Source: a virus (Duplodnaviria; Heunggongvirae; Uroviricota; Caudoviricetes). From it: a DNA stretch of 55,493 nt. The first letter of the stretch is position 1, and every line of letters begins with the position of its first letter. The translations under genes and the position numbers were made by a program. The notes under the pieces were generated by a model, which worked only from the letters and a program-made list of their open reading frames with translations, did no database searches and was not told the origin of the DNA. Shown piece by piece: positions 9,782 to 19,827 of the stretch. The stretch is from IMG/VR virus record IMGVR_UViG_2663763400_000006. The stretch is one strand, 5' to 3'.

Positions 9782-10080
9782 CGGGCAAAGAGGCAATTAT
9801 TCATTACCTGGGGACGCATAAGAGCTTCTGTGCACAGGACGTTGCCGCGGTAACAGGCGCAACCGTAACCAGCATAAATCAGGCTGCGGCTAAAATGGCG
9901 CGGGCAGGAATCCTGGTCGTTGATGGTAAGGTCTGGCGAACGGTGTATTACCGGTTCGCTACCAGAGAAGAACGGGAAGGAAAGGTGAGCACGAATCTGA
10001 TTTTTAAGGAGTGTCGCCAGAGTGCCGCGATGAAACGCTTATTGAGGGTATATAAAAGAACATCAATGGGTACACAATGA
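9778..10080 (+). CDS. ren: Ren
   Basis: MTGKEAIIHYLGTHKSFCAQDVAAVTGATVTSINQAAAKMARAGILVVDGKVWRTVYYRFATREEREGK matches lambda Ren as recalled. Confidence 0.85.
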   Translation: MTGKEAIIHYLGTHKSFCAQDVAAVTGATVTSINQAAAKMARAGILVVDGKVWRTVYYRFATREEREGKVSTNLIFKECRQSAAMKRLLRVYKRTSMGTQ

Positions 10081-10147
10081 TGAAACAGGTGAGTTGATTT
10101 CAAACTGTAGTACAATTCTCTCCAGTTTGAACAGGAAAGAATATGCT

Positions 10148-10480
10148 ATGAACCCTTATATTTATCTTGGTGGTGCAATACTTGCAGAGGTCATTGGTAC
10201 AACCTTAATGAAGTTTTCAGAAGGTTTTACACGGTTATGGCCATCTGTTGGTACAATTATTTGTTATTGTGCATCATTCTGGTTATTAGCTCAGACGCTG
10301 GCTTATATTCCTACAGGGATTGCTTATGCTATCTGGTCAGGAGTCGGTATTGTCCTGATTAGCTTACTGTCATGGGGATTTTTCGGCCAACGGCTGGACC
10401 TGCCAGCCATTATAGGCATGATGTTGATTTGTGCCGGTGTGTTGGTTATTAATTTATTGTCACGAAGCACACCACATTAA
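10148..10480 (+). CDS. emrE: Small multidrug resistance efflux transporter EmrE
   Basis: 110 aa starting MNPYIYLGGAILAEVIGTTLMKFSEGF, four TM helices, matches E. coli EmrE of DLP12 as recalled. Confidence 0.9.
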   Translation: MNPYIYLGGAILAEVIGTTLMKFSEGFTRLWPSVGTIICYCASFWLLAQTLAYIPTGIAYAIWSGVGIVLISLLSWGFFGQRLDLPAIIGMMLICAGVLVINLLSRSTPH

Positions 10481-10736
10481 AAATAATTTGTTTCTAAACG
10501 ACTAAAATATGGAGGCTCTTATATTTATATGAGCCTCGTTTTATGCTTTTTGTTAATGTCTTTATTTTTTTATGTATTCTTTTGTGCTTTCAAGATTATG
10601 GCGTAAGAAAATTGCAATACGATTATTGTTGTATATTCAAGATAATGTGACCTTAATTGTCTTTTTAAATAAAAATTAAACAAAAATTATATCTCACCAC
10701 TAAGGTTTATAAAAGCATACGTTAGCAGGTGTCACC

Positions 10737-12263
10737 ATGAAAAAAGCCATAGCATATATGCGATTTTCATCACCAGGTCAGATGTCTGGCGACTCATTAA
10801 ACCGACAGAGAAGACTTATTGCTGAATGGTTAAAGGTAAATAGTGATTATTATCTTGATACCATAACATATGAAGATTTAGGATTAAGTGCATTCAAAGG
10901 AAAGCATGCACAATCAGGAGCTTTTTCGGAATTTTTAGATGCTATAGAGCATGGTTATATATTGCCAGGAACTACATTGTTAGTTGAAAGTCTGGACAGA
11001 CTTTCAAGAGAAAAAGTCGGTGAAGCGATTGAGCGTCTGAAATTGATTTTGAATCACGGTATTGATGTTATAACTCTTTGCGATAATACAGTCTATAATA
11101 TTGACTCTTTGAATGATCCATATTCATTAATAAAAGCCATACTTATAGCACAAAGGGCAAATGAAGAAAGCGAGATAAAGTCAAGTCGGGTTAAATTATC
11201 ATGGAAGAAAAAACGGCAGGATGCACTGGAGTCAGGCACGATTATGACGGCGTCTTGTCCGAGATGGCTCTCCTTAGATGACAAAAGAACGGCTTTTGTT
11301 CCAGACCCCGACAGGGTGAAAACTATTGAGCTAATTTTTAAACTCAGGATGGAAAGGCGCTCATTGAATGCAATAGCCAAGTATTTAAATGATCATGCTG
11401 TAAAGAATTTCTCAGGAAAAGAAAGTGCATGGGGACCTTCTGTAATTGAAAAATTATTAGCGAATAAAGCTCTGATAGGTATATGCGTACCTTCATATCG
11501 TGCAAGAGGTAAAGGAATAAGTGAAATCGCTGGCTATTATCCCAGAATCATATCAGATGATTTGTTTTACGCTGTGCAGGAAATTCGGTTGGCACCTTTT
11601 GGTATTAGCAATAGTAGCAAAAATCCTATGTTGATAAATCTACTTCGAACAGTTATGAAGTGCGAGGCTTGTGGTAATACCATGATTGTTCATGCGGTAT
11701 CTGGAAGTTTGCATGGCTATTATGTTTGTCCGATGAGAAGACTGCATCGATGTGACAGGCCATCAATAAAGAGAGATTTGGTTGATTATAATATCATTAA
11801 TGAGTTGCTTTTTAATTGTAGTAAAATCCAACCAGTTGAAAACAAGAAAGATGCTAATGAAACTTTAGAGTTGAAAATTATTGAGCTCCAGATGAAAATT
11901 AATAATTTAATTGCTGCATTATCTGTTGCGCCTGAAGTTACCGCTATAGCAGAAAAAATCAGAGTATTAGATAAGGAATTACGAAGGGCTTCTGTATCAT
12001 TAAAAACTTTGAAGAGTAAAGCGGTGAGCTCACTTGGTGATTTTCATGCTATTGACTTAACCAGTAAAAATGGGCGAGAGCTATGTCGTACACTTGCCTA
12101 TAAAACATTCGAAAAAATCATAATCAATACAGATAATAAAACCTGTGATATCTATTTTATGAATGGCATTGTTTTTAAACACTATCCTTTAATGAAAACA
12201 ATATCCGCCCAGCAGGCGATAAGTACTCTCAAATATATGGTTGATGGTGAGGTTTATTTTTGA
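10737..12263 (+). CDS. Large serine recombinase (DLP12 YbcK-like)
   Basis: 508 aa with N-terminal resolvase/invertase catalytic domain (AYMRFSSPGQ...SLNRQ) and a Cys-rich recombinase region (CEACGNTMIVH...YYVCPMRRLHRC); AT-rich. Confidence 0.85.
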   Translation: MKKAIAYMRFSSPGQMSGDSLNRQRRLIAEWLKVNSDYYLDTITYEDLGLSAFKGKHAQSGAFSEFLDAIEHGYILPGTTLLVESLDRLSREKVGEAIERLKLILNHGIDVITLCDNTVYNIDSLNDPYSLIKAILIAQRANEESEIKSSRVKLSWKKKRQDALESGTIMTASCPRWLSLDDKRTAFVPDPDRVKTIELIFKLRMERRSLNAIAKYLNDHAVKNFSGKESAWGPSVIEKLLANKALIGICVPSYRARGKGISEIAGYYPRIISDDLFYAVQEIRLAPFGISNSSKNPMLINLLRTVMKCEACGNTMIVHAVSGSLHGYYVCPMRRLHRCDRPSIKRDLVDYNIINELLFNCSKIQPVENKKDANETLELKIIELQMKINNLIAALSVAPEVTAIAEKIRVLDKELRRASVSLKTLKSKAVSSLGDFHAIDLTSKNGRELCRTLAYKTFEKIIINTDNKTCDIYFMNGIVFKHYPLMKTISAQQAISTLKYMVDGEVYF

Positions 12264-12374
12264 GTAATAATCACTTTTTCAACCGTGCTATAGTAAGAAA
12301 GTTAGGTAAGTACAATAAAATTATCTATCCTGAACGAAGCGTCCTGAGCTATGGTTTTACTATAGGGACTGCCA

Positions 12375-12692
12375 ATGGATGCTGGCGTTCTCGTTCTAGC
12401 AGTTCAACAATCCCCAATCACAAAACAATTCACTGATAACGAACTTTGCACACTCGCCTGGTTATGGCGAGCAGGGAATGTGATGTTAATTGCCTACCAG
12501 AACGTTACTCATCTTCTTCAGGATGCGGAGCATGGTGAAGCTGGTCACTTCACTTCCATCGAGCAAGAATATCCCCAGATACTCAACAGAGCGCGAGCAA
12601 TCCTCGTCCGAGAAACGGCACATGTAAAACTTCAGCCGTGGCAGGATGATAAGTGGAGTCGAGTATTGCCGTATTTGCGTCAAATCTGTTAG
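12375..12692 (+). CDS. Hypothetical protein
   Basis: 105-aa ORF with no recognisable motif; coding status uncertain. Confidence 0.25.
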   Translation: MDAGVLVLAVQQSPITKQFTDNELCTLAWLWRAGNVMLIAYQNVTHLLQDAEHGEAGHFTSIEQEYPQILNRARAILVRETAHVKLQPWQDDKWSRVLPYLRQIC

Positions 12693-12881
12693 GAGTATAG
12701 CCGCCAGCCATGAGTGTTGTATTAAAACAAGGATGTCTATATATGGGATAGCGAGAGTATGAATATCAGTTATTTTGAGAGTTAACTGATTGTGAAATTA
12801 GTTTTTTTCACAAACGAGTGGGGTTACTATGATGAGTGTTCTAATGCATAGGGAACACCTAATTTTTTCAATGAATTCAAA

Positions 12882-13826
12882 TTGATAGGATCAAAAATGG
12901 CACAACAGAGAACTACCTCCCTCAGATCCATACCTTTAGACTTAGATGTTAAGCAAGAGGCTGTCATTAACGGTATAGAAATGGGGGTACTCGATAACGG
13001 AATTCCGTACCTTACTCAGAATGGGTTGGCAAATGTTTGTGGTGTTCAGCGTTTGCGAATCAAGGAAATTACCGATGAGTGGGCTCAATCTGTTGAGAAC
13101 GGTATTTTCAAAAAAGGAAGAATGACTTTTATTGGTACATATCTTCTTAATGAAGGTTTTACAGATGAAAAACTTTATATACCAATAATTCGAAATGGTG
13201 TTGAGTACCATGCTTATCCAGATGTTGTATGCATGGCTATACTTGAATACTATGCCTTTGAAGCAAAACAAGCAGAAAGTGAGACTGCAATTAGATCTTA
13301 CAGAGAGCTTGCTAAAAAAGGCCTCAAGACATTTATATACGAGGCGCTAAAATATCAACCGGAGGACCCGTGGAGGCATTACCATGACAGAGTATCTTTA
13401 TTAAAAGATAAGGGAACCATACCTGATGGGTATTTCATTATATTTAATGAAATTGCAGGTATGATGGTAGATCTCATCAATGCTGGATTAGCGATTAATC
13501 AGCATACCGTACCTGATGGCAGTGTTGGTTCTTGCTGGGCGCGTCACTGGAAAGCAAAGGGGTTAGCAACAGAATTTGGAGAAAGAGTAGACTGTGAGCA
13601 TTATTACCCTGAAGATTTTCTTCAGGCAAGTTCCAATCCTCAGATCATTAATGCCTATCCTGATTCTGCATTGTCAGAGTTTCGTAGATGGTTTAAGCAT
13701 GAATATTTAACCACAAAGTTCCCACCGTATATTCTTAAAAAATCAAACGTGCTTCCTGGTGGTACAGAAGATGCTAATCGTCTGATAGAAGCTTTCAAAA
13801 AATCAGAGCTAGAAAATAAACCATAA
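12882..13826 (+). CDS. Hypothetical 314-aa protein (accessory gene in the nin region)
   Basis: Long AT-rich ORF with an upstream AT-rich leader; no domain I can assign with confidence. Confidence 0.5.
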   Translation: MIGSKMAQQRTTSLRSIPLDLDVKQEAVINGIEMGVLDNGIPYLTQNGLANVCGVQRLRIKEITDEWAQSVENGIFKKGRMTFIGTYLLNEGFTDEKLYIPIIRNGVEYHAYPDVVCMAILEYYAFEAKQAESETAIRSYRELAKKGLKTFIYEALKYQPEDPWRHYHDRVSLLKDKGTIPDGYFIIFNEIAGMMVDLINAGLAINQHTVPDGSVGSCWARHWKAKGLATEFGERVDCEHYYPEDFLQASSNPQIINAYPDSALSEFRRWFKHEYLTTKFPPYILKKSNVLPGGTEDANRLIEAFKKSELENKP

Positions 13827-14022
13827 TTGTTTTTTGGCTTTTGATTTTACATAATCATTTTGCCATAATCATGTCATCGGAGCCTGAACAACTCCGGTGA
13901 CTTCTGCGCTAAACGGGGACGTTTATGCGCACATACAATCCAAACTCTCTTCTCCCTTCACAGATGCAGAGATGCACCTGCGATTTTTTGCATCCAGCGT
14001 TTGACCTCTGCGGAGGTGAAGC

Positions 14023-14478
14023 GTGAATCTCCCACAAGATGGCATCAAATTACATCGCGGTAACTTCACCGCTATCGGTCGGCAGATCCAGCCTTATCTG
14101 GAGGAGGGCAAATGCTTTCGCATGGTGCTTAAACCGTGGCGTGAGAAACGCAGTCTTTCCCAGAATGCACTCAGCCACATGTGGTACAGCGAAATCAGTG
14201 AATACCTCATCAACAGGGGTAAAACGTTCGCCACTCCAGCTTGGGTAAAAGATGCTCTCAAACACACATATCTCGGTTATGAAACCAAAGACCTGGTTGA
14301 TGTCGTAACCGGTGATATCACCACTATCCAGTCGTTACGCCATACCTCCGATCTTGATACCGGAGAGATGTATGTCTTCCTGTGTAAGGTTGAAGCCTGG
14401 GCGGTGAATATTGGCTGCCACCTGACTATTCCGCAGAGCTGCGAGTTCCAGCTGCTCCGTGACAAGCAGGAGGCGTAA
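14023..14478 (+). CDS. ybcN: YbcN/NinB-like protein
   Basis: 151 aa (GTG start with GGAGG Shine-Dalgarno); matches DLP12 YbcN as recalled and occupies the NinB position. Confidence 0.6.
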   Translation: MNLPQDGIKLHRGNFTAIGRQIQPYLEEGKCFRMVLKPWREKRSLSQNALSHMWYSEISEYLINRGKTFATPAWVKDALKHTYLGYETKDLVDVVTGDITTIQSLRHTSDLDTGEMYVFLCKVEAWAVNIGCHLTIPQSCEFQLLRDKQEA

Positions 14479-14648
14479 TGGCTACACCGCTTATTCGTGT
14501 CATGAACGGACACATCTACAGAGTATCAAATCGTCGTAAGCGTAAGCCTGAGCCGAAGCCATCCGAAATACCAACACTGCTCGGATATACCGCTAGCCTG
14601 GTTGATAAAAAATGGTTGCGACTGGCAGCAAGGAGGAATCATGGCTGA
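14478..14648 (+). CDS. ninE: NinE
   Basis: 56-aa [35 protein letters not shown]... read from the sequence (too short for the ORF track); start overlaps the ybcN stop. Confidence 0.55.
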   Translation: MATPLIRVMNGHIYRVSNRRKRKPEPKPSEIPTLLGYTASLVDKKWLRLAARRNHG

Positions 14649-14931
14649 TTTGAGAAAAGCAGCGCGTGGTCGGGAATGCCAGGTAAGAATCCCTGGCGTA
14701 TGTAATGGCAATTCTGAAACGTCTGTACTGGCACATATCCGGCTGGCTGGATTGTGCGGTACCGGTATCAAACCGCCAGACCTGATTGCCACCATTGCAT
14801 GTTCTGCCTGCCACGACGAAATCGACCGCCGCACACATTTTGTCGATGCTGCATATGCAAAAGAATGCGCGCTGGAAGGTATGGCGAGAACACAGGTTAT
14901 CTGGCTGAAAGAGGGGGTTATTAAGGCGTGA
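14641..14931 (+). CDS. ybcO: YbcO-like protein (DUF1364, putative nuclease)
   Basis: Cys-rich protein ([11 protein letters not shown]...CSACHDEID); ATG at 14641 overlapping ninE. Confidence 0.55.
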   Translation: MADLRKAARGRECQVRIPGVCNGNSETSVLAHIRLAGLCGTGIKPPDLIATIACSACHDEIDRRTHFVDAAYAKECALEGMARTQVIWLKEGVIKA

Positions 14932-15290
14932 ATACCTACAGTATCACATTACCCTGGCCGCCGAGCAATAATCGCTATTACCGCCATAATCGCGGGCGCA
15001 CGCACGTCAGCGCAGAGGGGCAGGCATACCGCGATAACGTCGCCCGAATCATTAAAAACGCAATGCTGGATATCGGCCTAGCTATGCCTGTGAAAATCCG
15101 CATTGAGTGCCACATGCCGGATCGCCGTCGCCGTGACCTGGATAATCTGCAAAAAGCCGCTTTTGACGCACTCACTAAAGCAGGTTTCTGGCTGGATGAT
15201 GCTCAGGTCGTTGATTACCGCGTTGTGAAGATGCCTGTTACCAAAGGTGGGAGGCTGGAACTGACCATCACCGAAATGGGGAATGAATGA
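14928..15290 (+). CDS. rusA: Holliday junction resolvase RusA
   Basis: 120 aa, [42 protein letters not shown]... matches E. coli RusA as recalled. Confidence 0.9.
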   Translation: MNTYSITLPWPPSNNRYYRHNRGRTHVSAEGQAYRDNVARIIKNAMLDIGLAMPVKIRIECHMPDRRRRDLDNLQKAAFDALTKAGFWLDDAQVVDYRVVKMPVTKGGRLELTITEMGNE

Positions 15291-15427
15291 TGTTTGAGTT
15301 TAATATGGCAGAATTTCTTCGCCACCGCTGGGGGCGTCTGCGCTTATATCGTTTCCCCGGTTCTGTTTTGACCGATTACCGAATACTGAAGAATTACGCC
15401 AAAACCCTGACAGGAGCAGGAGTATGA
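15287..15427 (+). CDS. ylcG: YlcG-like small protein
   Basis: 46-aa [26 protein letters not shown]... read from the sequence, overlapping the rusA stop. Confidence 0.4.
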   Translation: MMFEFNMAEFLRHRWGRLRLYRFPGSVLTDYRILKNYAKTLTGAGV

Positions 15428-15511
15428 AGTCAGAGATAACAATCAACTAATACTGTTTTGTTGATTTTTGCTTGTAATTGGCGTTCTGGCCTGATTTTGT
15501 GGAGAAAGTTG

Positions 15512-15868
15512 ATGCGTGATATGTATGAAGTAATGGATCGTTGGGGAGCTTGGGCTGCTTCAGACAATAGCGGAGTGGACTGGCAGCCGATAGCGGCTGG
15601 TTTCAAGGGACTTTTACCTCATGGCAAAAAGTCACGGATTCAGTGTGATGATGACGAAGGCATCATGATAGACAGTTGTGTGGCTCGGTTGAGAAGGTAT
15701 AAACCAGAGGAATATGAGCTCATCATCGCCCACTTTGTTATCGGTATCTCATTACGCACTATTGCGAAGAAGAGAAAATGCTCTGATGGCACAATTAGGA
15801 AGGAACTGCAAACTGCAATGGGGTTTGTTGACGGCTGTTTAGCAATGTTAGCTTATAGTATGGCATAA
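15512..15868 (+). CDS. Q: Late-gene antiterminator Q (phage 82/21-type)
   Basis: MRDMYEVMDRWGAWAASDNSGVDWQPIAAGFKGLLP... with Cys/His-rich core; position after rusA. Confidence 0.7.
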   Translation: MRDMYEVMDRWGAWAASDNSGVDWQPIAAGFKGLLPHGKKSRIQCDDDEGIMIDSCVARLRRYKPEEYELIIAHFVIGISLRTIAKKRKCSDGTIRKELQTAMGFVDGCLAMLAYSMA

Positions 15869-17062
15869 AAAATAAAATAGATTTACTGCCGATTTTTCAA
15901 AAAAGACTGGGAACTGTTTATATCCAACGTAAATAAGGCCTCCATAAAACATGGCTGATGCGAGATATTTAACAGTTCTCATCCTTTTTTTAGCTTTATC
16001 AATCAAACCTGTAATGCTACTCTTAATACTATCTGCATTATCTTTGATTTCTTTATTTTCTTCAAACTTTAAATACTTATCGAAAGCGGACTCCACTCGA
16101 GAACGTAAGTTGTCGAATGTTTCATTGAATATCTCAATAGAAATGTAATTGACTTTTTTTATCATCCAAAGTCCTGCGATAATCAATATTGCTTCGGTTG
16201 TTTCATTAGCCTTCACTAAGCCACCAGCTGCTATTAATGCACCGGGAATAGTCAATGCTTTTGTCTGATTAGATGATATGAATTCGTTAATTTTACTCGT
16301 GAACTCAAGATTTTTCTCATCGAGTTCGTTAAGAATTTTATTTACAGAAAACCTCTTTGTGTAAATCTCATATAGTTCATCATATTTTTTCCTGACGAGT
16401 TCAGTAGAGTTAAGCAAGTCAAAGAAATTGAACGTACCATTTGCTTTAAATACTTCGTTTATGGCTGAGCGTATAACGAGCTTGCGCTCGCTTTTGTGTA
16501 AATCATTGATTTTTATTGTGTCGAGAAGCTCCTTTATAATTTCATATTTAAGAGACGAGTTCGATAAGCGATTAATCTCGCTATATTGTAAAAAATGCGT
16601 GAGTTCGACTGTATAACTTTTGTCTTCATTGGTGAAAAATAAGACAGAGCAGTCACTGTTATGATGATCAGCAATTAATGAAAGGATATCTTTCCACATA
16701 AAGAAAATATGGATTTTTTCGATGCTTTCATTCTTAGAAGTAGGGAGTATTAACGGCGTTCCGATGATATAATTTTTCGGAAGAGCGTTTTGGGTGTTTA
16801 CTCTAGACCAAAAAGACTCAACATTCTCATAAATTATAGCATCATCCCAAGATGAAGCTTGGCGATCTAGCCAAATTTCATTATTTTCGATGCAGGTTGT
16901 TGCCTTTTTATAACCTATAGATTGTAACAGTCTAATTATTTCAGAACTATTTACAATAACAATGCTTTCTTCAAGACTTATGACAGTGTAGTAGCCCTCA
17001 ACTCTGCTTGAGGCTCCGTTAATAATCTGCGCTAATCTTGATAAGTCATCAGCAATTGTCAT
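15848..17062 (-). CDS. Unknown 404-aa protein with C-terminal transmembrane helices (cassette gene 2)
   Basis: ATG at 17062, 2 bp after the upstream gene stop; strongly AT-rich; hydrophobic helices near the C-terminus (LTIPGALIAAGGLV, AILIIAGLWMI, YLASAMFYGGLIYVGY). Confidence 0.6.
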   Translation of the reverse strand: MTIADDLSRLAQIINGASSRVEGYYTVISLEESIVIVNSSEIIRLLQSIGYKKATTCIENNEIWLDRQASSWDDAIIYENVESFWSRVNTQNALPKNYIIGTPLILPTSKNESIEKIHIFFMWKDILSLIADHHNSDCSVLFFTNEDKSYTVELTHFLQYSEINRLSNSSLKYEIIKELLDTIKINDLHKSERKLVIRSAINEVFKANGTFNFFDLLNSTELVRKKYDELYEIYTKRFSVNKILNELDEKNLEFTSKINEFISSNQTKALTIPGALIAAGGLVKANETTEAILIIAGLWMIKKVNYISIEIFNETFDNLRSRVESAFDKYLKFEENKEIKDNADSIKSSITGLIDKAKKRMRTVKYLASAMFYGGLIYVGYKQFPVFFEKSAVNLFYFLCHTIS

Positions 17063-17064
17063 TA

Positions 17065-18240
17065 TTAGCTGTCTCTATATCTTTTGAGTTCATCATAATT
17101 TGCCTGACTCAATTTTATCACAATTTCGCATTTGTTGTCAGTGAGAATTACAGGCTTATTTGACTTTTCGTCTCCAATAGCTCCACGCATTATTTTCAAC
17201 TTAAAATTATTGTCGTTATCTGCCACTTCAATTGTAAGCGCGCTTTCAGCTGCTTTAGGAGTTGGTTCAAATTGAGGGTCAATCTGGAAACCATTAAGAT
17301 TAACAAAATCGACAAACGTTCCCTTACATTTGTGTGAATCAGTCAGGCATGAGTCAATTATTTTTGAAATATCCTCTATCTTAACGGACTTATTTCCGTG
17401 TTTATCTTTTGATTTTTTTTCCAGTAAGGATTTAACTTCATTGTCAATAGTATCACGCAGTACACGACCGAGTGAGTTTTTACTAGCAAAAATATCTATA
17501 GCACTGAATAATTGCTGAATGCTTCTTTTATTGTCCGAATCATGTCGGCAACCTAATGAGTCTTTGAAAAAATCGCTTTTAGATTTACCTTGCAAGAAAT
17601 GTACATATGAGTCACCCTTGTTTTCTGGATAACTGGCTTCGAATAAAGTTAAATCGAACATCGCAGCCTGCCGTAAGGCATCGGTATTAATTGGATTTAA
17701 TCTTGTTGGGGTCAACTTATCCGAATCAAAGTCATAGGCGCTTTGTTTATCAACCATTACGATTAGAAGTTTCCCCAAATCCTCTGGTTCGGTAGACTTA
17801 TAGTGGATGAAAACAACGCTCCCCCCCTGAAGTTGGGCAACTCTCGATTCGTTATTAGCATTATGTTTAAGCTTCTCTATTATAGCTCTAGATAAATCAA
17901 TGAATTCATTATTCTTATTAATGTATTTTTTTAGGATCGTAGGAATGGATGAAGGGTTGTGATCTGAGTCTAGGAAGTTATGAAATTTGTTTTTTCGGCT
18001 AAATTTTTTCTCAATTCTGGTTATGAATTCAGATGTGACTTCATTTTTTAGATCCCAAACTTCACCTAATCGATAATCAAATGCTCTTGAATCATTTTTT
18101 TCAAGATTTGCTGTTACAGCACCAATAGGAAAGTACGATTGTTTGCCCAGCACTACAACATGAGGCGTGGCACCGCATTTATCGCAAGCTACAGTTGGGT
18201 CGTCAAGAACATTGCCACATTCTAAACAAGTTATATCCAT
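17065..18240 (-). CDS. Zn-ribbon plus YejK/NdpA-like (NA37 nucleoid-associated family) protein (cassette gene 1)
   Basis: N-terminal CLECG...CDKCG zinc ribbon; motifs GGSVVFIHYK and YVHFLQGKSKSDFFKDSLG resemble YejK ([32 protein letters not shown]) as recalled; AT-rich. Confidence 0.55.
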   Translation of the reverse strand: MDITCLECGNVLDDPTVACDKCGATPHVVVLGKQSYFPIGAVTANLEKNDSRAFDYRLGEVWDLKNEVTSEFITRIEKKFSRKNKFHNFLDSDHNPSSIPTILKKYINKNNEFIDLSRAIIEKLKHNANNESRVAQLQGGSVVFIHYKSTEPEDLGKLLIVMVDKQSAYDFDSDKLTPTRLNPINTDALRQAAMFDLTLFEASYPENKGDSYVHFLQGKSKSDFFKDSLGCRHDSDNKRSIQQLFSAIDIFASKNSLGRVLRDTIDNEVKSLLEKKSKDKHGNKSVKIEDISKIIDSCLTDSHKCKGTFVDFVNLNGFQIDPQFEPTPKAAESALTIEVADNDNNFKLKIMRGAIGDEKSNKPVILTDNKCEIVIKLSQANYDELKRYRDS

Positions 18241-18357
18241 TATATATCCCGAATTATAAGAATGAATTTTTATGTGGCTGAAAATTCTATCAAAACACTA
18301 ACGCGTACGCAAAAAATATCGTAATCTGTTAAGTGTGCTCACTTCGCCACACAGCTT

Positions 18358-18390
18358 AAACCCGCCATCGAGCGGGTTTTGTCGTTTCTG
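18358..18390 (+). terminator. tR'-like terminator of the late leader transcript
   Basis: Hairpin cccgccatcgagcggg followed by a T-tract, upstream of the holin gene. Confidence 0.45.
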
Positions 18391-18531
18391 GGTCTGGGGA
18401 TTCCTTGGTCCTAGCCTATCCCGCAGTTATCCATTGACTCGGCTTCTTTGACGTTTCCGCTTCTGATTTGCGGTACATGATGTTTCCTCAATTTGCACCT
18501 GCTGTATCAGCGAGGTGAGAGATAACTACAA

Positions 18532-18858
18532 ATGCCTCATAACCCAAATACATGGCTGGAGTTGGTCCAGAGCTGGTGGCGTGGAGACACACCGCTGGGC
18601 GCAGTGATTATGTCGATTGTTATGGCTGGTTTACGTATTGCCTATTTTGGCGGTGGTGGCGGCTGGAAGCGAAAAACACTCGAAATTCTACTCTGTGGCG
18701 CTCTGACGCTGACTTTTGCATCCGCTCTTGAGTATGTCGGATGGCCTAAATCACTATCTGTTGCCATTGGTGGTGGGGTGGGGCTGATCGGTGTTGATGC
18801 TATTCGTGGGGCTGCAATGAGAGTAATCGGTAACAAGTTTGGTGGCTCTAAGGAGTAA
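18532..18858 (+). CDS. Putative holin (not lambda S-like)
   Basis: 108-aa ORF with hydrophobic helices and a charged C-terminus, directly upstream of the endolysin. Confidence 0.6.
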   Translation: MPHNPNTWLELVQSWWRGDTPLGAVIMSIVMAGLRIAYFGGGGGWKRKTLEILLCGALTLTFASALEYVGWPKSLSVAIGGGVGLIGVDAIRGAAMRVIGNKFGGSKE

Positions 18859-18861
18859 TTT

Positions 18862-19338
18862 ATGCAGGTACTAAATTCCCAGCGTAAAGCTTTCCTTGAT
18901 ATGGTGGCATGGTCAGAGGGAACGGATAACGGGCGACAACCGACACGTAACCACGGTTATGACGTTATTGTCGGTGGAGAACTCTTCACTGATTACTCCG
19001 ATCACCCTCGCAAACTTGTCACGCTAAACCCGAAACTCAAATCAACAGCTGCAGGCCGTTATCAACTTCTTTCACGCTGGTGGGTTGCTTACCGCAAGCA
19101 GCTTGGCCTGAAAGACTTCTCTCCGAAAAGCCAGGACGCTGTGGCACTGCAACAGATTAAAGAGCGTGGCGCTTTACCGATGATTGATCGCGGTGATATT
19201 CGTCAGGCTATCGACCGTTGCAGCAATATCTGGGCTTCACTTCCGGGCGCTGGTTATGGTCAGTTCGAGCATAAGGCTGACAGCCTGATTGCAAAATTCA
19301 AAGAAGCGGGCGGAATGGTCAGAGAGATTGAGGTATGA
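18862..19338 (+). CDS. R: Endolysin R (lytic transglycosylase)
   Basis: 158 aa, matches lambda R as recalled ([49 protein letters not shown]...). Confidence 0.95.
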   Translation: MQVLNSQRKAFLDMVAWSEGTDNGRQPTRNHGYDVIVGGELFTDYSDHPRKLVTLNPKLKSTAAGRYQLLSRWWVAYRKQLGLKDFSPKSQDAVALQQIKERGALPMIDRGDIRQAIDRCSNIWASLPGAGYGQFEHKADSLIAKFKEAGGMVREIEV

Positions 19339-19796
19339 ACAGATTAACCGCGATTATCTCCGCTCTGGTTATCTGCATCATCGTCTGTCTGTCATGGGCG
19401 GTTAATCATTACCGTGATAACGCCATTACCTACAAAGCCCAGCGCGACAAAAATGCCAGAGAACTGAAGCTGGCGAACGCGGCAATTACTGACATGCAGA
19501 TGCGTCAGCGTGATGTTGCTGCGCTCGATGCAAAATACACGAAGGAGTTAGCTGATGCGAAAGCTGAAAATGATGCTCTGCGTGATGATGTTGCCGCTGG
19601 TCGTCGTCGGTTGCACATCAAAGCAGTCTGTCAGTCAGTGCGTGAAGCCACCACCGCCTCCGGCGTGGATAATGCAGCCTCCCCCCGACTGGCAGACACC
19701 GCTGAACGGGATTATTTCACCCTCAGAGAGAGGCTGATCACTATGCAAAAACAACTGGAAGGAACCCAGAAGTATATTAATGAGCAGTGCAGATAG
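19335..19796 (+). CDS. Rz: Rz i-spanin
   Basis: 153 aa with N-terminal TM helix and coiled-coil region; matches lambda Rz as recalled. Confidence 0.9.
   Translation: MNRLTAIISALVICIIVCLSWAVNHYRDNAITYKAQRDKNARELKLANAAITDMQMRQRDVAALDAKYTKELADAKAENDALRDDVAAGRRRLHIKAVCQSVREATTASGVDNAASPRLADTAERDYFTLRERLITMQKQLEGTQKYINEQCR
19555..19737 (+). CDS. Rz1: Rz1 o-spanin lipoprotein, embedded in Rz in another frame
   Basis: 60 aa with lipobox LVVVGC and proline-rich stretch [15 protein letters not shown]; matches lambda Rz1 as recalled. Confidence 0.85.
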   Translation: MRKLKMMLCVMMLPLVVVGCTSKQSVSQCVKPPPPPAWIMQPPPDWQTPLNGIISPSERG

Positions 19797-19827
19797 AGCT
19801 GCCCATATCGATGGGCAACTCATGCAA

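Noticed and set aside
12882-13826. Calling the 314-aa protein, or the 287-aa rex-slot protein, a BstA homologue
   Set aside because: BstA-type proteins are known from comparable prophage slots, but I cannot verify sequence similarity from memory; reported as unknown candidates instead.
19555-19737. Treating Rz1 as a spurious overlapping ORF
   Set aside because: Kept as real: lipobox and proline-rich sequence match the known embedded o-spanin gene architecture.
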